NCBI GenBank assembly: GCA_965203915.1
Contig: OZ241918.1
Span: 1,013,937-1,077,936 of the forward strand
Source of the DNA: Alphaproteobacteria bacterium
GTDB lineage: Bacteria; Pseudomonadota; Alphaproteobacteria; JASGCL01
DNA: 64,000 nt
Reading direction: 5' to 3'
Shown here: positions 1 through 11,047 of the stretch, in pieces
How the letters are laid out: each line of letters begins with the position of its first letter
How positions within the stretch are numbered: position 1 is the stretch's first letter
Made by a program: the position numbers and the translations under genes
The notes under the pieces: generated by a model
The model's database searches: none
Seen by the model: the letters and a program-made list of their open reading frames with translations, nothing else
What the model was told of the DNA's origin: nothing

Positions 1-339
1 AAGACTGCCAGTAATGAGGCAAATAACGGTAAACAGCAACCCAACGGGCGCAATGGAGCGCGCCATAATGTGGGCTATGGGGCTTTGCCACACCAAAAAT
101 ACAAAAGAAAACACCGCCAACATGGCATAGCATAAACTTGCCAAATAGGCGCAGGGCACATGGACAAACATTATCTTGACCACTTCCCCTTGCAAATAAT
201 CTGGCGGGCTTCCCAACCCGCGGTAGGTCGCCATGAAGAAAAAAATAACCATCAATATGATAACAGCAGGCATTGTTTTTTCGCTAAGCCTGATAACTTG
301 TTGCGGGCGGTGGGGTAAAAAAGAAGAAAGGAAATTCAT
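1..339 (-). CDS. ccmC: Heme exporter protein C (CcmC), 5' part only; runs off window edge
   Basis: Reverse-strand ATG at 337-339. My translation begins MNFLSSFLPHRPQQVIRLSEKTMPAVIILMVIFFF..., a typical CcmC N-terminus. It lies directly downstream of the ccmA-ccmB pair. Confidence 0.55.
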   Translation of the reverse strand, partial: MNFLSSFLPHRPQQVIRLSEKTMPAVIILMVIFFFMATYRGLGSPPDYLQGEVVKIMFVHVPCAYLASLCYAMLAVFSFVFLVWQSPIAHIMARSIAPVGLLFTVICLITGSL

Positions 340-357
340 GGCCATGTTATCCAATAT

Positions 358-1017
358 TTAGCTTTGCTGTTTGATAATAAATGCCGAAGCAATTGGCAAG
401 AACGAAAAAGTTAAGATAAAATAAGCCAATTGAAAAAACATCAGCGGGTAAGCTTGCCCGCTGGTTGTTATGCTAAGCGTCAACAGGAAACATGGTATCA
501 TGAGGGGTAGAATAATAATCACCATAAAAAATCCCCCGCCCTTTCCCCATTGGCATAGGCTTGCCAAAAAATTAATCAGCAGCGCAAGCTGCGCCAAAAA
601 TAAAAAACCGCTCAACAGGAATAATATAAGGATGTTATTGGCCATGGTGCCGTCGCTTTCGGCTATCAAGGCCAAGCCAGTTGCAAGCCATAGCGGTAAG
701 GCGGAAAATAGCAACAAGCCCGCCCATTTGGCATAGACAAAAGCCAACAGCGAACGATTGGCTAAGGTAATATCCAACGGCAGGTCTTGCATCAGATCGG
801 CATGATAAAGATTTATCCCCATGGTGGTAAGGGCAAAAAACCATAGAAACAAAAACCAAACAAATACCACCAACGTCGGCGCATTGTTTGTGTCAGACAA
901 CAACAAACGAAAAACAAAAAAACCCGTTAACCATAAAAAAAATGGCAAAAGGTAATGAAAAAAATTACTGGCGCAGAGCGAGGCTTCGCGGCGAAAAAAA
1001 AGAAAAAAATCCTGCAT
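358..1017 (-). CDS. ccmB: Heme exporter permease CcmB
   Basis: 219-aa polytopic membrane protein of CcmB size, 4 bp downstream of the CcmA-like ABC ATPase. Confidence 0.7.
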   Translation of the reverse strand: MQDFFLFFRREASLCASNFFHYLLPFFLWLTGFFVFRLLLSDTNNAPTLVVFVWFLFLWFFALTTMGINLYHADLMQDLPLDITLANRSLLAFVYAKWAGLLLFSALPLWLATGLALIAESDGTMANNILILFLLSGFLFLAQLALLINFLASLCQWGKGGGFFMVIIILPLMIPCFLLTLSITTSGQAYPLMFFQLAYFILTFSFLPIASAFIIKQQS

Positions 1018-1021
1018 TTTT

Positions 1022-1666
1022 TTACAGCCTAACTTCTTTTATTTTTTTATGCAATTTTGGGTTTATCATGGCTTGATGGTCGGTTTCATGGCTGGTAAAA
1101 ATAATTTGGTCGCCGTTGTTTATTCTTGCCGCCAACCATTGCCAAAGCCAAGCCTTTGTTTTTTTATCAAGCGCGGCAAAAGGTTCATCCAACAACCACA
1201 TCGATTTTCTGGGGGCGGCATAGATCATGCTGGCCAATTGTATTTTTTTTTGAGTGCCAGCCGACAAGTCTTTTATCTTCTTGGTAAGGTGCTTGTCCAA
1301 TTCCAGAATCTTTATCAGCGATTCCTCATCTTGCAGGTTTTTGTTGGCTGGCTTCGCTTCGTTTTTCTGCCATAGGTTTTTAATAAATCTTAGATAAGTT
1401 TTAAGCGTCATGTCATTTTGGGCAATGCCACCATGCCCCAAATAAAAACAGGTTGATTGATAACCCGCGTCCAATGAATTGTCATGCCATAAAACCTTGC
1501 CCTGGGTGGGTTGCAAATAACCCAATAATATTTTTAACAATGTTGTTTTCCCCGCCCCATTGCCGCCCATTAACCACACCATGTCGCCCGATTGTATTTG
1601 AAAAGAAATATTGGAAAAAATAATATTGCGCCCCCGCACAAATGATAATTTTTGTACTGTTAACAT
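1022..1666 (-). CDS. ccmA: Cytochrome c biogenesis ABC ATPase CcmA
   Basis: Walker A GGNGAGKTT, ABC signature LSAGTQKKIQLA, Walker B LWLLDEP. The ~214-aa size and the ccmB/ccmC context fit CcmA. Confidence 0.75.
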   Translation of the reverse strand: MLTVQKLSFVRGRNIIFSNISFQIQSGDMVWLMGGNGAGKTTLLKILLGYLQPTQGKVLWHDNSLDAGYQSTCFYLGHGGIAQNDMTLKTYLRFIKNLWQKNEAKPANKNLQDEESLIKILELDKHLTKKIKDLSAGTQKKIQLASMIYAAPRKSMWLLDEPFAALDKKTKAWLWQWLAARINNGDQIIFTSHETDHQAMINPKLHKKIKEVRL

Positions 1667-1771
1667 AACTTATTTATAGCAAAAAAAATACAGCCTTGCA
1701 CGTTAAAGTCAGAAATGGATTTTACACATTGGCCACCCCATGGGGTTAGGCGAATATTACAGGGGGGTGCT

Positions 1772-2263
1772 TCACGTTTTTTTTCCATGCCATTTTTTAT
1801 TCACCCCATCCAAAACCCCATGAATAAGTTTTGGCGAATGGTCGGCAAAATAGGATTTGGCAACCTCCACCCATGCCGAAATAACAATAGCGGGTGGTTG
1901 GGTGGTTTTCATTATTTCGGCAACCCCCAAACATAAAATAATTTGCAACATGGTTTCAAGCGATTGCCATTTTTGTTCGCCGCCCGCCAAGCAAGCAATG
2001 ATGGATTCGATGATATTATTTTTTTCTTGCTGGTAAAAACTTAGCAAGGATAAAACTTCTTCATTCTGGCCAGCATCGCCAATATTCAATTCTTCGCCCA
2101 TGATTTTTTTTATCAGGGCAAGGCTGTCGTTAATATTATTATTAATCCGCCCTGGGTTGATAACCATGCCATACAGCACCTGCACCGCCAACAACCGTTC
2201 GGTCATTTTGCCTGGCGCGCTCTTTGCCCTGGCCGAGGAAGGTTGCGTTTCGCTCATCATCAT
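1772..2263 (-). CDS. nusB: Transcription antitermination factor NusB
   Basis: 163 aa. It contains the NusB-like LAVQVLY helix motif and sits in the conserved ribH-nusB arrangement, with a 4-bp overlap with ribH. Confidence 0.8.
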   Translation of the reverse strand: MMMSETQPSSARAKSAPGKMTERLLAVQVLYGMVINPGRINNNINDSLALIKKIMGEELNIGDAGQNEEVLSLLSFYQQEKNNIIESIIACLAGGEQKWQSLETMLQIILCLGVAEIMKTTQPPAIVISAWVEVAKSYFADHSPKLIHGVLDGVNKKWHGKKT

Positions 2264-2733
2264 GTTTTATCTATCATCCATAAACGCAATGCCGCCATGG
2301 CGGCAAATCCACCCTTGTTCCCCGAACCGCGATTGGCACGCGCCGTGGCCTGGGCCATGTTATCAACGGTCAGGATAGCATTGCCGATAATCATTTTTTT
2401 ATTAATCCCAAGATCCATCAAGCCGCGCGCTGATTCGTTCGCCACAATATCATAATGACTGGTCTCGCCCCTTATCACCGCGCCAAGCGCAAGGTAGATG
2501 TCATGTTTATCGTCCAGCAAAGCTATCGCTGGGGGAATTTCTAACGCCCCCATGACATAATATATTTTTGTTTCGATGTTGGCGATGCGCAGGACATCTT
2601 CCGCACCCGCGATTAATTCGGCGGCAATGTCAGCATAAAAATTGGCAACCACCAGCCCAACCCGCGGCGAGGCTTTAACAAGTATTTTTTTTTCATGTTC
2701 GGCCAATACAAATGATGTGTCGTTTTTTTTCAT
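2260..2733 (-). CDS. ribH: 6,7-dimethyl-8-ribityllumazine synthase
   Basis: 157 aa. The GLVVANFY...ALGAVIRGETSHYD pattern is typical of lumazine synthase, and the gene is adjacent to ribE and nusB. Confidence 0.85.
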   Translation of the reverse strand: MKKNDTSFVLAEHEKKILVKASPRVGLVVANFYADIAAELIAGAEDVLRIANIETKIYYVMGALEIPPAIALLDDKHDIYLALGAVIRGETSHYDIVANESARGLMDLGINKKMIIGNAILTVDNMAQATARANRGSGNKGGFAAMAALRLWMIDKT

Positions 2734-2739
2734 GCAATA

Positions 2740-3372
2740 TTATTTCTTCACCAGGTTGGCAACATAGCGCATCAGCATATCAATTTCTACATTGACTTTT
2801 TGCCCGACAAAATAATGCTGGGCTATGGTATGTTCAATGGTATGGGGTATCAAGGTAATGGCGATGCTGTCATTATCGACGCCATTAATAGTCAGGGAGC
2901 AGCCATCTATCGCAACCGACCCTTTAGTCGCCATCATGGGCATAAGGTCGCTGGGCGGTTTAATGGCCAATTGCCACGCCCCTGCCCCCTTGGTTAGGGT
3001 GCTTATTTCGCCTAGCCCATCAACATGCCCCGAAACAAAATGCCCCCCCAATTCATCACCCATACGCAAAGAGGTTTCGAGATTAACCAATTGCTTGCCA
3101 CGCGTATCAGAAGAAAATGATTGCCAATATTGCGCCGTGGTGCGGTTGATGGTTTCGGGCGATAGGTCAAAAACCAAATGGCTTGCGTCACCACTCACCG
3201 ATAATTGCGCCAAGGTAAGGCAAATGCCATTAACCGCAATCGACGCCCCCAGATTAAATTGGTGGGTTGGAATATCCGTCCTATCAACCGTTAGGGTTAG
3301 TCGCGCCGAACCAGCATTATCAAGTTGATAATCATCGATTCGCCCCAACATTTGTATCAACCCAGAGAACAT
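2740..3372 (-). CDS. ribE: Riboflavin synthase alpha subunit
   Basis: 210 aa starting MFSGLIQ, with two internal repeats (GxSIAVNGICLT and GSVAIDGCSLT) typical of riboflavin synthase. Confidence 0.85.
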   Translation of the reverse strand: MFSGLIQMLGRIDDYQLDNAGSARLTLTVDRTDIPTHQFNLGASIAVNGICLTLAQLSVSGDASHLVFDLSPETINRTTAQYWQSFSSDTRGKQLVNLETSLRMGDELGGHFVSGHVDGLGEISTLTKGAGAWQLAIKPPSDLMPMMATKGSVAIDGCSLTINGVDNDSIAITLIPHTIEHTIAQHYFVGQKVNVEIDMLMRYVANLVKK

Positions 3373-3443
3373 ATCAATTCTATAAACTATTTTATCTTAT
3401 GAAACAAAATTTTTATAGGCTGGGCGATGAGGTATGATAATTT

Positions 3444-4001
3444 TTAACCAGATGGCGAGACAGTCTTGCGCATTTTTGTCGCGCCCTTAACCTGGTCTTT
3501 TTTACCCATATCTTTTTTGCTGATTAATGATTTCTTATCATCAAGTTTTTGGGTCATGGTTTTATCTTCACCAGTCGATGCCTCCATGGCTTGGGGATCG
3601 TTGTTGTCCTTAACCATTTTTGGCCCTTTGGGTTTGGCGGCGGGGTCGCGGTCAATAAATTCGATAATCGCCATCGGCGCGTTATCGCCATGACGAAAAC
3701 CGTATTTTAACAAACGGGTGTAACCACCCGCGCGGTCCTTATAACGTTTTGCCAACACATCAAAAACCTTGTTAACCAACGTTTCATCGCGCAACAGCGC
3801 GAATGTCGCGCGGCGGCGATGCAATTCACCCTTTTTTCCCAGGGTAATAATTTTGTCAATATAGCGTTTTAACTCCTTAGCCTTGGGCAAGGTGGTTTTT
3901 ATTTGCTCATATTGTATCAATTGCTTTGATAAGTTTTTCAAAAGCGATTGGCGGTGCGACACCGAACGATGTAAACGCCTGCCGAGTTTTTTGTGTCTCA
4001 T
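3444..4001 (-). CDS. rplQ: 50S ribosomal protein L17 with Lys-rich C-terminal extension
   Basis: The core is L17 (MRHKKLGRRLHRSVSHRQSLLKNL...). About 55 extra basic low-complexity residues follow at the C-terminus. Confidence 0.9.
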   Translation of the reverse strand: MRHKKLGRRLHRSVSHRQSLLKNLSKQLIQYEQIKTTLPKAKELKRYIDKIITLGKKGELHRRRATFALLRDETLVNKVFDVLAKRYKDRAGGYTRLLKYGFRHGDNAPMAIIEFIDRDPAAKPKGPKMVKDNNDPQAMEASTGEDKTMTQKLDDKKSLISKKDMGKKDQVKGATKMRKTVSPSG

Positions 4002-4145
4002 ATTATTTTCCTTCTTTCTGATGATTTCTCATCATGGATGCTTTACAAAAATAAAGCATGGTTAAAAACATCAATCGTTACAAAAAATATATATTTTTAG
4101 AACCACTGTTGATGCGAGGTTGATTTAGTATTATTAGCAAAAAAA

Positions 4146-5165
4146 TTAATATTTTTCTTCCAATTTTTTTGCCAATTCTTCAACGCCATCTGGCGCTGGC
4201 CAATTTGGTACTTCTATACCAAAGCCTAAACCCATTTGTTGCAACATTTCCTTTATTTCATTCAGCGATTTCCTGCCGAAATTGGGGGTGCGCAACATGT
4301 CTTGCTCCGACTTTTGCACCAAATCACCGATATACATGATATTGTCATTTTTCAGGCAATTTTGTGCACGGACCGAAAGTTCTAGGTCATCAACCTTTTT
4401 AAACAGATTGAGGTTAAAAGGAACTTCTTCCTTACTTTTTTCTTTCCGTTCAAGGAATTTTGGTTCGTCAAAATTGACAAAAATATTCATTTGATCTTGC
4501 AAAATTTTTGCTGACAAGGCCACAGCATCTTCGGGATCCACCGTGCCGTTGGTTTCAACCTGCAAGGTCAATTTATCGAAATCGGTGCGTTGCCCAACCC
4601 GTGCGTTATCAACCTTGTAGCTGACGCGCGTAACGGGGGAGAAAATAGCATCAACGGGAATGAGGCCGATGGGCGAATTTTCGGGACGATTTTGGCTGGC
4701 AGGAACATAACCCTTTCCCGTGTTGACATAAAAATCAACCTTCAAACTGGCACCTTTATCCAAAGAACATATAACATGGTTGGGATTTTTTATTTCAATA
4801 TCCCCGCCCGTATCAATATCCTTCGCGGTGACCAATTTTGGCCCCTTCACATCCAATGACATTTTTTTTGCCGCACCACTGCGCGACATCAATGCAAGGC
4901 CTTTGATATTAAGCACCATGTCGGTCACGTCTTCGCGGACGCCAGGAATGGTCGAGAATTCATGCAAAACGCCTTCTATTTTAATCGCGGTAACCGCCGC
5001 CCCTTGGAGCGAGGATAACAAAATACGACGCAACGCGTTGCCTAGGGTTAAACCAAAACCGCGTTCGAGCGGTTCAACATTGATGGTGGCGTGATTATCT
5101 TTTTTATCAACATTAATCCCATTGGGTTTTTGTAAATTTTGCCAATTTTTTGTATCAATTGTCAT
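4146..5165 (-). CDS. rpoA: DNA-directed RNA polymerase alpha subunit
   Basis: 339 aa with N-terminal dimerisation-domain and C-terminal-domain signatures (e.g. ...[15 protein letters not shown]...). Position is rpsK-rpoA-rplQ. Confidence 0.95.
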   Translation of the reverse strand: MTIDTKNWQNLQKPNGINVDKKDNHATINVEPLERGFGLTLGNALRRILLSSLQGAAVTAIKIEGVLHEFSTIPGVREDVTDMVLNIKGLALMSRSGAAKKMSLDVKGPKLVTAKDIDTGGDIEIKNPNHVICSLDKGASLKVDFYVNTGKGYVPASQNRPENSPIGLIPVDAIFSPVTRVSYKVDNARVGQRTDFDKLTLQVETNGTVDPEDAVALSAKILQDQMNIFVNFDEPKFLERKEKSKEEVPFNLNLFKKVDDLELSVRAQNCLKNDNIMYIGDLVQKSEQDMLRTPNFGRKSLNEIKEMLQQMGLGFGIEVPNWPAPDGVEELAKKLEEKY

Positions 5166-5299
5166 GATGGTTTTTTTACCCTTTCTTAAAGTAACTTTTG
5201 TAACGCAGGTTTTTTGCCAACACCCATTCTATCGGTGCTAACTCTTCGCCTGACACAACAATGGATAAATACCCATCATTATGATTATTCGTAACTGGT

Positions 5300-5683
5300 T
5301 TAAACCCGTCTGCGTTTTCTTGGCCGACAACCATTGTGTGGCAAAGGCGTGACATCACGAATACTGGTGATAACAAAACCCAACGAAGCCAAAGCACGCA
5401 CCGCGGCTTCCCGCCCCGAACCTGGGCCTTTTATATTAACTTCGATATTTTTTACGCCAAAATCTTTAATGGCCGCCGCAACATCCTCGGCCGCAATCTG
5501 CGCCGCATAGGGGGTCGATTTCTTGCTGCCCGTGAAGCCTTTTTTACCCGCGGTAGACCAAGCAAGGGTATCACCCTTTTTATCGGTGATGGTAATCATG
5601 GTGTTGTTAAAGGTCGAATGAATATGCGCAATGGCTTCGGGCACGTTCTTTTTATCTTTTTTCTTTTTTCCAGCAATCGCCAT
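5300..5683 (-). CDS. rpsK: 30S ribosomal protein S11
   Basis: 127 aa ending ...[18 protein letters not shown]...RPRKRRRV. Confidence 0.95.
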   Translation of the reverse strand: MAIAGKKKKDKKNVPEAIAHIHSTFNNTMITITDKKGDTLAWSTAGKKGFTGSKKSTPYAAQIAAEDVAAAIKDFGVKNIEVNIKGPGSGREAAVRALASLGFVITSIRDVTPLPHNGCRPRKRRRV

Positions 5684-5705
5684 GACTCGTTCTTTCTTTA
5701 TTTAA

Positions 5706-6086
5706 TTATTTTTTGGTAGCTTGTTTTTTACCAGCAATGGGCGCGCCGCGACCCTTACGCGTGTGGGCGTTGGTGCGTGTGCGTTGGCCGCGGGTTGGCA
5801 AACCTTTCCGATGGCGCAAGCCACGGTAACAACCAAGATCCATCAGGCGTTTAACATTCATCGAAATATCACGGCGTAAATCACCCTCGACCTGATAATC
5901 GCTATCAATACATTCGCGTATCTTGATTACTTCTTCCTCGGTCAGGTCCTTAACGCGGCGACTTTCATCCAACCCGCATTTTTGACAAATTTCGCGTGCG
6001 TTGATAGGGCCAATGCCATAAATATAGCGAAGTGCTATGACCAATCTTTTTTGGGTGGGAATATTAACCCCAGCTATACGTGCCAT
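5706..6086 (-). CDS. rpsM: 30S ribosomal protein S13
   Basis: 126 aa starting [10 protein letters not shown]...YIYGIG. Confidence 0.95.
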   Translation of the reverse strand: MARIAGVNIPTQKRLVIALRYIYGIGPINAREICQKCGLDESRRVKDLTEEEVIKIRECIDSDYQVEGDLRRDISMNVKRLMDLGCYRGLRHRKGLPTRGQRTRTNAHTRKGRGAPIAGKKQATKK

Positions 6087-6230
6087 TTTTTTATCTTAAT
6101 TGTATTTTATTGTTTGTTTATGTTTATGAATCTCTTCGTTGGTGTCTAAAAAAAATATATTAATAATAATTTTTGCAAAACATCATTATGAATTCCATAT
6201 AGAAAAAAAATACTTTAGTCAAGTAAATTC

Positions 6231-6797
6231 TTAGCTGAGTAATTTTTTAATTTGATCCGATACCACATCTGGCAATTGCATACCGTCAAGCTCCGTCAGC
6301 ACGCCGCGCGTTTGGTAAAACGGAATAAGCGGCGCCGTGTCGGCATGGTAAATATGTAATCTTTTCGCCAATGTTTCAGGCGTATCGTCGCTTCTTACCT
6401 CGCCGCCGCTTTCTTTGATACGGCTTGCCTGGCGCGCCAACAATTCATCGTCCTTGACCTTTAATAACACCACCCTATCAATTTTTGTTTGCATGTCGGA
6501 GAGCATTTTTTCCAAACCTTCGGCTTGCTTTAAGGTTCGGGGGAATCCATCCAGGATAATTTTTTTACCTTTGAGGCCTTGCAACTTATCACGAATAATC
6601 CCCAGCATGGTTTCATCGTCGACCAATTTTCCACTTTGCATGATGCTTTCTGCCTTTTGTCCCAAAGGGGTTTTATCTTTAACCGCTTGGCGAAGCATAT
6701 CGCCCGTGGAGAGGTGAACAAAGTCGCATGCGACCTGTAAAAACTTACTTTGCGTCCCCTTGCCTGCACCAGGGGGACCAAACAGAATAATTATCAT
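6231..6797 (-). CDS. adk: Adenylate kinase (short form)
   Basis: 188 aa with P-loop GPPGAGKGTQ. Its position after secY is conserved. Confidence 0.9.
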   Translation of the reverse strand: MIIILFGPPGAGKGTQSKFLQVACDFVHLSTGDMLRQAVKDKTPLGQKAESIMQSGKLVDDETMLGIIRDKLQGLKGKKIILDGFPRTLKQAEGLEKMLSDMQTKIDRVVLLKVKDDELLARQASRIKESGGEVRSDDTPETLAKRLHIYHADTAPLIPFYQTRGVLTELDGMQLPDVVSDQIKKLLS

Positions 6798-6813
6798 CTT
6801 TATACAATAAAGG

Positions 6814-8178
6814 TTATTTGGGAAGATTAATATTGTTGAAGCCGCCGCCGCCCATGCGCGCTTTTTTCAATAAATTTTCATATTGATGAGCAAACAAATG
6901 GCCTTGGATTTGAGTCATGGTGTCCATGGTAACGCTAACCACAATCAGGATGGATGTGCCGCCCAAATAAAAGGGCAAAGAATATTTCGATATCAAGATT
7001 TCTGGCAACAAGCAAACCAACACCAGGTAAAGCGAGCCCACGACTGTTAGGCGCAACAATATGTAGTCAAAATATTTTGCTGTGTCTTCCCCCGGGCGAT
7101 GCCCCAAAACAATCCCACCTTGCTTACGCAAATTATCAGCGGTTTCGGTGGCATTAAAAACAACCGCGGTATAAAAAAACGCAAAGAATATTATTAACAA
7201 AGCATAAAAAATTTCATGCCCAAGCGCGCCGCGCCCCAAAAAGGCGTTCAACCATTGCAACCACGCCGCATTATTACCCGATTGCCCCACAAACCCCAAG
7301 ATGGTGGTGGGCAACAATAATAAGGCCGAGGCAAATATCGGCGGAATAACCCCCGAAGCATTAAGCTTGATAGGAATATGGCTGCTCTCGCCCCCCGTCA
7401 TACGATTTAGACCAATTTGTCTTTTGGGATAACTAACCACGACACGTCGTTGCGCCCGTTCCATAAAAACAATGAAGCCTATCACGGCTATCATCATGAC
7501 AAATATCACAACGATAACAAAGCTACTTAGGGCGCCACTCCGCCCCAATTCCAACATTTGGACAATAGCCAGCGGTAGGTTGGCCAAGATACCAGCAAAA
7601 ATTATCATCGACGCCCCCTGCCCCACGCCGCGTTGCGTAATTTGCTCCGACAGCCACATTAAAAACATGGTGCCCGCGGTCAGGGTTATTATCGATGTTA
7701 TCATGAACAAAAAGCCAGGATTAACGACTATATTTTCGGCGGTCTGCAAACCAAAGGCCACACCATAGGATTGCACCAGAGCCAATATCACGGTAAGTTG
7801 CCGCGTATATTGCAAAATACGCTGGTAACCAGCGCCGCCTTCCTTCTTTAATTTTTCTAAACTAGGAATGGTAGATGATAAAAGTTGCATGATAATCGAC
7901 GCCGAAATATAAGGCATGATGCTCAAAGCAAAAATGGTCATGCGGCTCAATGATCCGCCAGAAAAGACGTCAAACATCCCAAGGATGCCCTTACCCTGTT
8001 GGCTGAATAATTTTTCTAAAGCCAAAGCATCGATACCAGGTAAAGGGATATGAGAGCCCAGGCGAAACACCAACAAAGCGCCGATGGTAAAAAGGATACG
8101 TTGTTTTAATTCGGTGGCTTTACCAAAACCCCCGCCGCCTTTAGAAAAATTTTTGGCGAATTGTTGCGCAGTTGTCAT
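6814..8178 (-). CDS. secY: Preprotein translocase SecY
   Basis: 454-aa protein with 10 transmembrane helices, in the rplO-secY-adk context. Confidence 0.95.
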   Translation of the reverse strand: MTTAQQFAKNFSKGGGGFGKATELKQRILFTIGALLVFRLGSHIPLPGIDALALEKLFSQQGKGILGMFDVFSGGSLSRMTIFALSIMPYISASIIMQLLSSTIPSLEKLKKEGGAGYQRILQYTRQLTVILALVQSYGVAFGLQTAENIVVNPGFLFMITSIITLTAGTMFLMWLSEQITQRGVGQGASMIIFAGILANLPLAIVQMLELGRSGALSSFVIVVIFVMMIAVIGFIVFMERAQRRVVVSYPKRQIGLNRMTGGESSHIPIKLNASGVIPPIFASALLLLPTTILGFVGQSGNNAAWLQWLNAFLGRGALGHEIFYALLIIFFAFFYTAVVFNATETADNLRKQGGIVLGHRPGEDTAKYFDYILLRLTVVGSLYLVLVCLLPEILISKYSLPFYLGGTSILIVVSVTMDTMTQIQGHLFAHQYENLLKKARMGGGGFNNINLPK

Positions 8179-8235
8179 GGTGATAAATATTTTCTGATAA
8201 TTTTTTGGCTTTTTTGTCCGCCTTTTATATCATAT

Positions 8236-8796
8236 TTAATCCTTGGTGCTGGCAACAAATGCTGCTTCGCGCGCTTCGCGTTTTTTTGTTGAATCGATAC
8301 GGCGTTGACCGCGTTTACCAATTTTTTTGGCGGCTTCTTTTTTGAAAATGGTGATGTTGCCACCCGCCGCGGTGATTAATTTTTCTGCACCCGACGAAGC
8401 ACCATGAACGCTAAAATTTGCTTTAATTTTCCATTCGCCTTTTCCCACCACCAAGCGCACGCCGTCGCGGGTATTTTTTACCACGCCAGCCTGCACCAAG
8501 GCTTCTTCGTTGATATTATCCGCTGATAATTTTTTTGCGGTGATAAATTTTTCGACCCGTCCTAATGGCAAGGTTATCAAATGCAAACGCGTATGATTTT
8601 TAAAACCACGTTTTGGCAAACGCCTGTATAGTGGGGTTTGTCCGCCTTCGAATCCTTTGATACGCACACCCGAACGCGCGGTTTGGCCTTTGCCACCACG
8701 CCCGCCAGTTTTGCCCTTGCCCGAGCCAATGCCGCGTCCTATACGCATGCGGTTTTTGCGTGCGCCGTGATTAAAATTTAATTCGTTGAGTTTCAT
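8236..8796 (-). CDS. rplO: 50S ribosomal protein L15 with basic C-terminal extension
   Basis: Gly-rich L15 N-terminus ([19 protein letters not shown]) and about 35 extra Lys/Arg-rich residues at the C-terminus. Confidence 0.9.
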   Translation of the reverse strand: MKLNELNFNHGARKNRMRIGRGIGSGKGKTGGRGGKGQTARSGVRIKGFEGGQTPLYRRLPKRGFKNHTRLHLITLPLGRVEKFITAKKLSADNINEEALVQAGVVKNTRDGVRLVVGKGEWKIKANFSVHGASSGAEKLITAAGGNITIFKKEAAKKIGKRGQRRIDSTKKREAREAAFVASTKD

Positions 8797-8824
8797 GTTT
8801 TTGCTCTTATTGTTTGATTGTTAT

Positions 8825-9049
8825 TTAAGATTTTGTAACTTCTACCAAATGTTCTACCACCCTTATCATACCGCGGATAGAGGAAGTATCTTCCAAAACC
8901 CTCGTTCTGCCAATTTTACCCAGTCCCAATCCTTTTAACACAACGCGTTGATTGCCGACACGTCGGATAGGGCTTTTTATTTGTTTAACACTTATTTTGC
9001 CATTTGCTTTAGCCGATGACGCATTGTTGGTGGTTTGTTTGTCGCTCAT
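8825..9049 (-). CDS. rpmD: 50S ribosomal protein L30
   Basis: 74 aa. The L30 core (...[12 protein letters not shown]...VLKGLGL...) follows a ~15-aa N-terminal extension. Confidence 0.8.
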   Translation of the reverse strand: MSDKQTTNNASSAKANGKISVKQIKSPIRRVGNQRVVLKGLGLGKIGRTRVLEDTSSIRGMIRVVEHLVEVTKS

Positions 9050-9060
9050 GATATTGTCTC

Positions 9061-9582
9061 CTATTCTTCGCCATCTTTTTCAGCACGACCGAGAACCTCG
9101 GTAACAGTTTTGTTTCGTCTTTCGGCCACCGAACGGGGCGAATGGGTACGTTGCAAACCTTCCAAAATGGCCTTCACCATATTATGCGGGTTAGAACTTC
9201 CCACCGATTTGGCGACAATATCGGCGATGCCGAGTGCTTCAAATACCGCGCGCGCGGGACCACCCGCAATAATACCCGTGCCAGGCACCGCGCTTCTTAT
9301 TTTTACATGACCCGAACCAAAATGTCCCATAACATCATGGTAAATGGTGCGTTTATCGCGAAGGGGTATCCTTATCATACGTCTTTTGGCTAGTTCGGTT
9401 GCCTTTTTCATGGCTTCAGGAACCTCGCGCGCCTTCGCCGATGCAAAACCAACCTTGCCCTTGCCATCACCAACCACCACCAGGGCAGCAAAGCCGAAAC
9501 GTTTACCGCCTTTGACAACTTTACAGACGCGATTCACCGCGACTGTTTTTTCTATCAAATAACCTTCTTCTCTTTTTTGCAT
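9061..9582 (-). CDS. rpsE: 30S ribosomal protein S5
   Basis: 173 aa containing ...[12 protein letters not shown]...VVVGDG.G.VG. Confidence 0.95.
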   Translation of the reverse strand: MQKREEGYLIEKTVAVNRVCKVVKGGKRFGFAALVVVGDGKGKVGFASAKAREVPEAMKKATELAKRRMIRIPLRDKRTIYHDVMGHFGSGHVKIRSAVPGTGIIAGGPARAVFEALGIADIVAKSVGSSNPHNMVKAILEGLQRTHSPRSVAERRNKTVTEVLGRAEKDGEE

Positions 9583-9637
9583 TGTATTTATCTTTCTTTT
9601 TTTTGGGTGGTTTATTTTTTATGTATCATATTGTTGC

Positions 9638-9997
9638 TTAACATTCCATACCATTTGCGCGCAACGATTCGGCAATTGCCTTAACACGGCCATGGTATTT
9701 GTAACCACCCCTGTCAAACATCACCGCCTTAATGCCCGCTTGTTTGGCGCGTTCGGCCAACAATTTGCCTATCAAGGTTGCAGCTTCGATATTGGATGTG
9801 CTCTTTAATTGACCACGAACTTCCTTTTCCATGGTGGAGCAAGCCACCACGGTTTTGGACGCCGCGTCATCAATAATTTGCACTTGCATATGTTGGTTAG
9901 AACGGTAAACCGAAACCCGCCATTTGCCGCCGCCAAATTTTTTTAACCGATAACGGTGCCGCATCGCGCGTTTAACTAAAGCTTTATTATGTTTCAT
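9638..9997 (-). CDS. rplR: 50S ribosomal protein L18
   Basis: 119 aa ending ...FDRGGYKYHGRVKA. Confidence 0.9.
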   Translation of the reverse strand: MKHNKALVKRAMRHRYRLKKFGGGKWRVSVYRSNQHMQVQIIDDAASKTVVACSTMEKEVRGQLKSTSNIEAATLIGKLLAERAKQAGIKAVMFDRGGYKYHGRVKAIAESLRANGMEC

Positions 9998-10008
9998 GTT
10001 TTTGCTCC

Positions 10009-10548
10009 TTATTTCTTCTTTCCTTCTTTGCGTAAAATTGTTTCTTCGGCATATTTAATCCCCTTGCCTTTATAAGGTTCGGGTTTTTTTAAATTCCTAA
10101 TAAGGCTGGCGCATAGACCAACCGCTTCTTTATTAGCACCGCTGATGGCGATGACATTGCCTTTTTCACCCTCCACCGTTACTTTTAAATTATCGGGGAT
10201 GGGGAAAATAACATCATGACTAAAGCCGAGCGACATTTTTAAATTCTTGCCTTGCAACGCCACACGAAAACCAACCCCATTTAATTCTAATTTTCGGGTG
10301 AAGCCTTTGCTGGCGCCTTCGATGGCTATCTTTATCAATTGACGCGTTGTGCCCCAATAAATTTTTGATTTTTTATTGTTGCTGTTTGCACTAACGACAA
10401 TTTTATTTCCTTCTATCTTGGCGGTGATGTCTGGCAAAATTTTAACCATGTTCGTTCCCACCTTGCCCTTGGCGGTGAAAATATTACCTTCCAGCTTGGT
10501 TTCGACACCAGCGGGAATCTCCAACGGTATTTTTCCTAATCGTGACAT
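10009..10548 (-). CDS. rplF: 50S ribosomal protein L6
   Basis: 179 aa starting MSRLGKIPLEIPAGVE. Confidence 0.9.
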   Translation of the reverse strand: MSRLGKIPLEIPAGVETKLEGNIFTAKGKVGTNMVKILPDITAKIEGNKIVVSANSNNKKSKIYWGTTRQLIKIAIEGASKGFTRKLELNGVGFRVALQGKNLKMSLGFSHDVIFPIPDNLKVTVEGEKGNVIAISGANKEAVGLCASLIRNLKKPEPYKGKGIKYAEETILRKEGKKK

Positions 10549-10581
10549 GTTTTTGCCTTTCTTTTGCTTATAAAATATTTT

Positions 10582-10983
10582 TTAAAAAACGGTAAATAAA
10601 ATTTCTCCACCAATATTGCCCTTGCGAGCTTGGTGATCGGTCATGAGTCCTTTGGTGGTTGAAACCACCGCAATGCCAAGTCCGTTGCTAACCATTTTCA
10701 TATCATCAAAGGATGAATAAACACGACGACCGGGTTTAGAAATACGTTGCAAGGTTTTGATTGATGGTTCGCCATTAAAATATTTTAAATTGACCACCAA
10801 TGTTTTGATTCCCTTGCGTTCTTCCCTTTCGTCGTAGCCATTGATATAGCCTTCTCTTTTTAATAGGTCTAACACCTGCGCCCGCAACTTGGATGCTGGC
10901 ACATCAACCTGGTCAAGATGCGCATGCAGTCCATTGCGGATACGAGCAAGCATATCGCCTAAGGGATCACTTAAAGATGACAT
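10582..10983 (-). CDS. rpsH: 30S ribosomal protein S8
   Basis: 133 aa containing ...DPLGDMLARIRN. Confidence 0.95.
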   Translation of the reverse strand: MSSLSDPLGDMLARIRNGLHAHLDQVDVPASKLRAQVLDLLKREGYINGYDEREERKGIKTLVVNLKYFNGEPSIKTLQRISKPGRRVYSSFDDMKMVSNGLGIAVVSTTKGLMTDHQARKGNIGGEILFTVF

Positions 10984-11047
10984 TTTATTTTTCCTTTCTA
11001 TAAATTTTGTATAATTTTTTGTTGTATAATATTAATTCTTAATAAAT

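Noticed and set aside
5176-5397. 73-aa minus-strand ORF overlapping the 3' end of rpsK, in the rpsK-rpoA spacer
   Set aside because: It is out of frame with S11 and not similar to S4 (rpsD), which is commonly separate in alphaproteobacteria. It is probably spurious.
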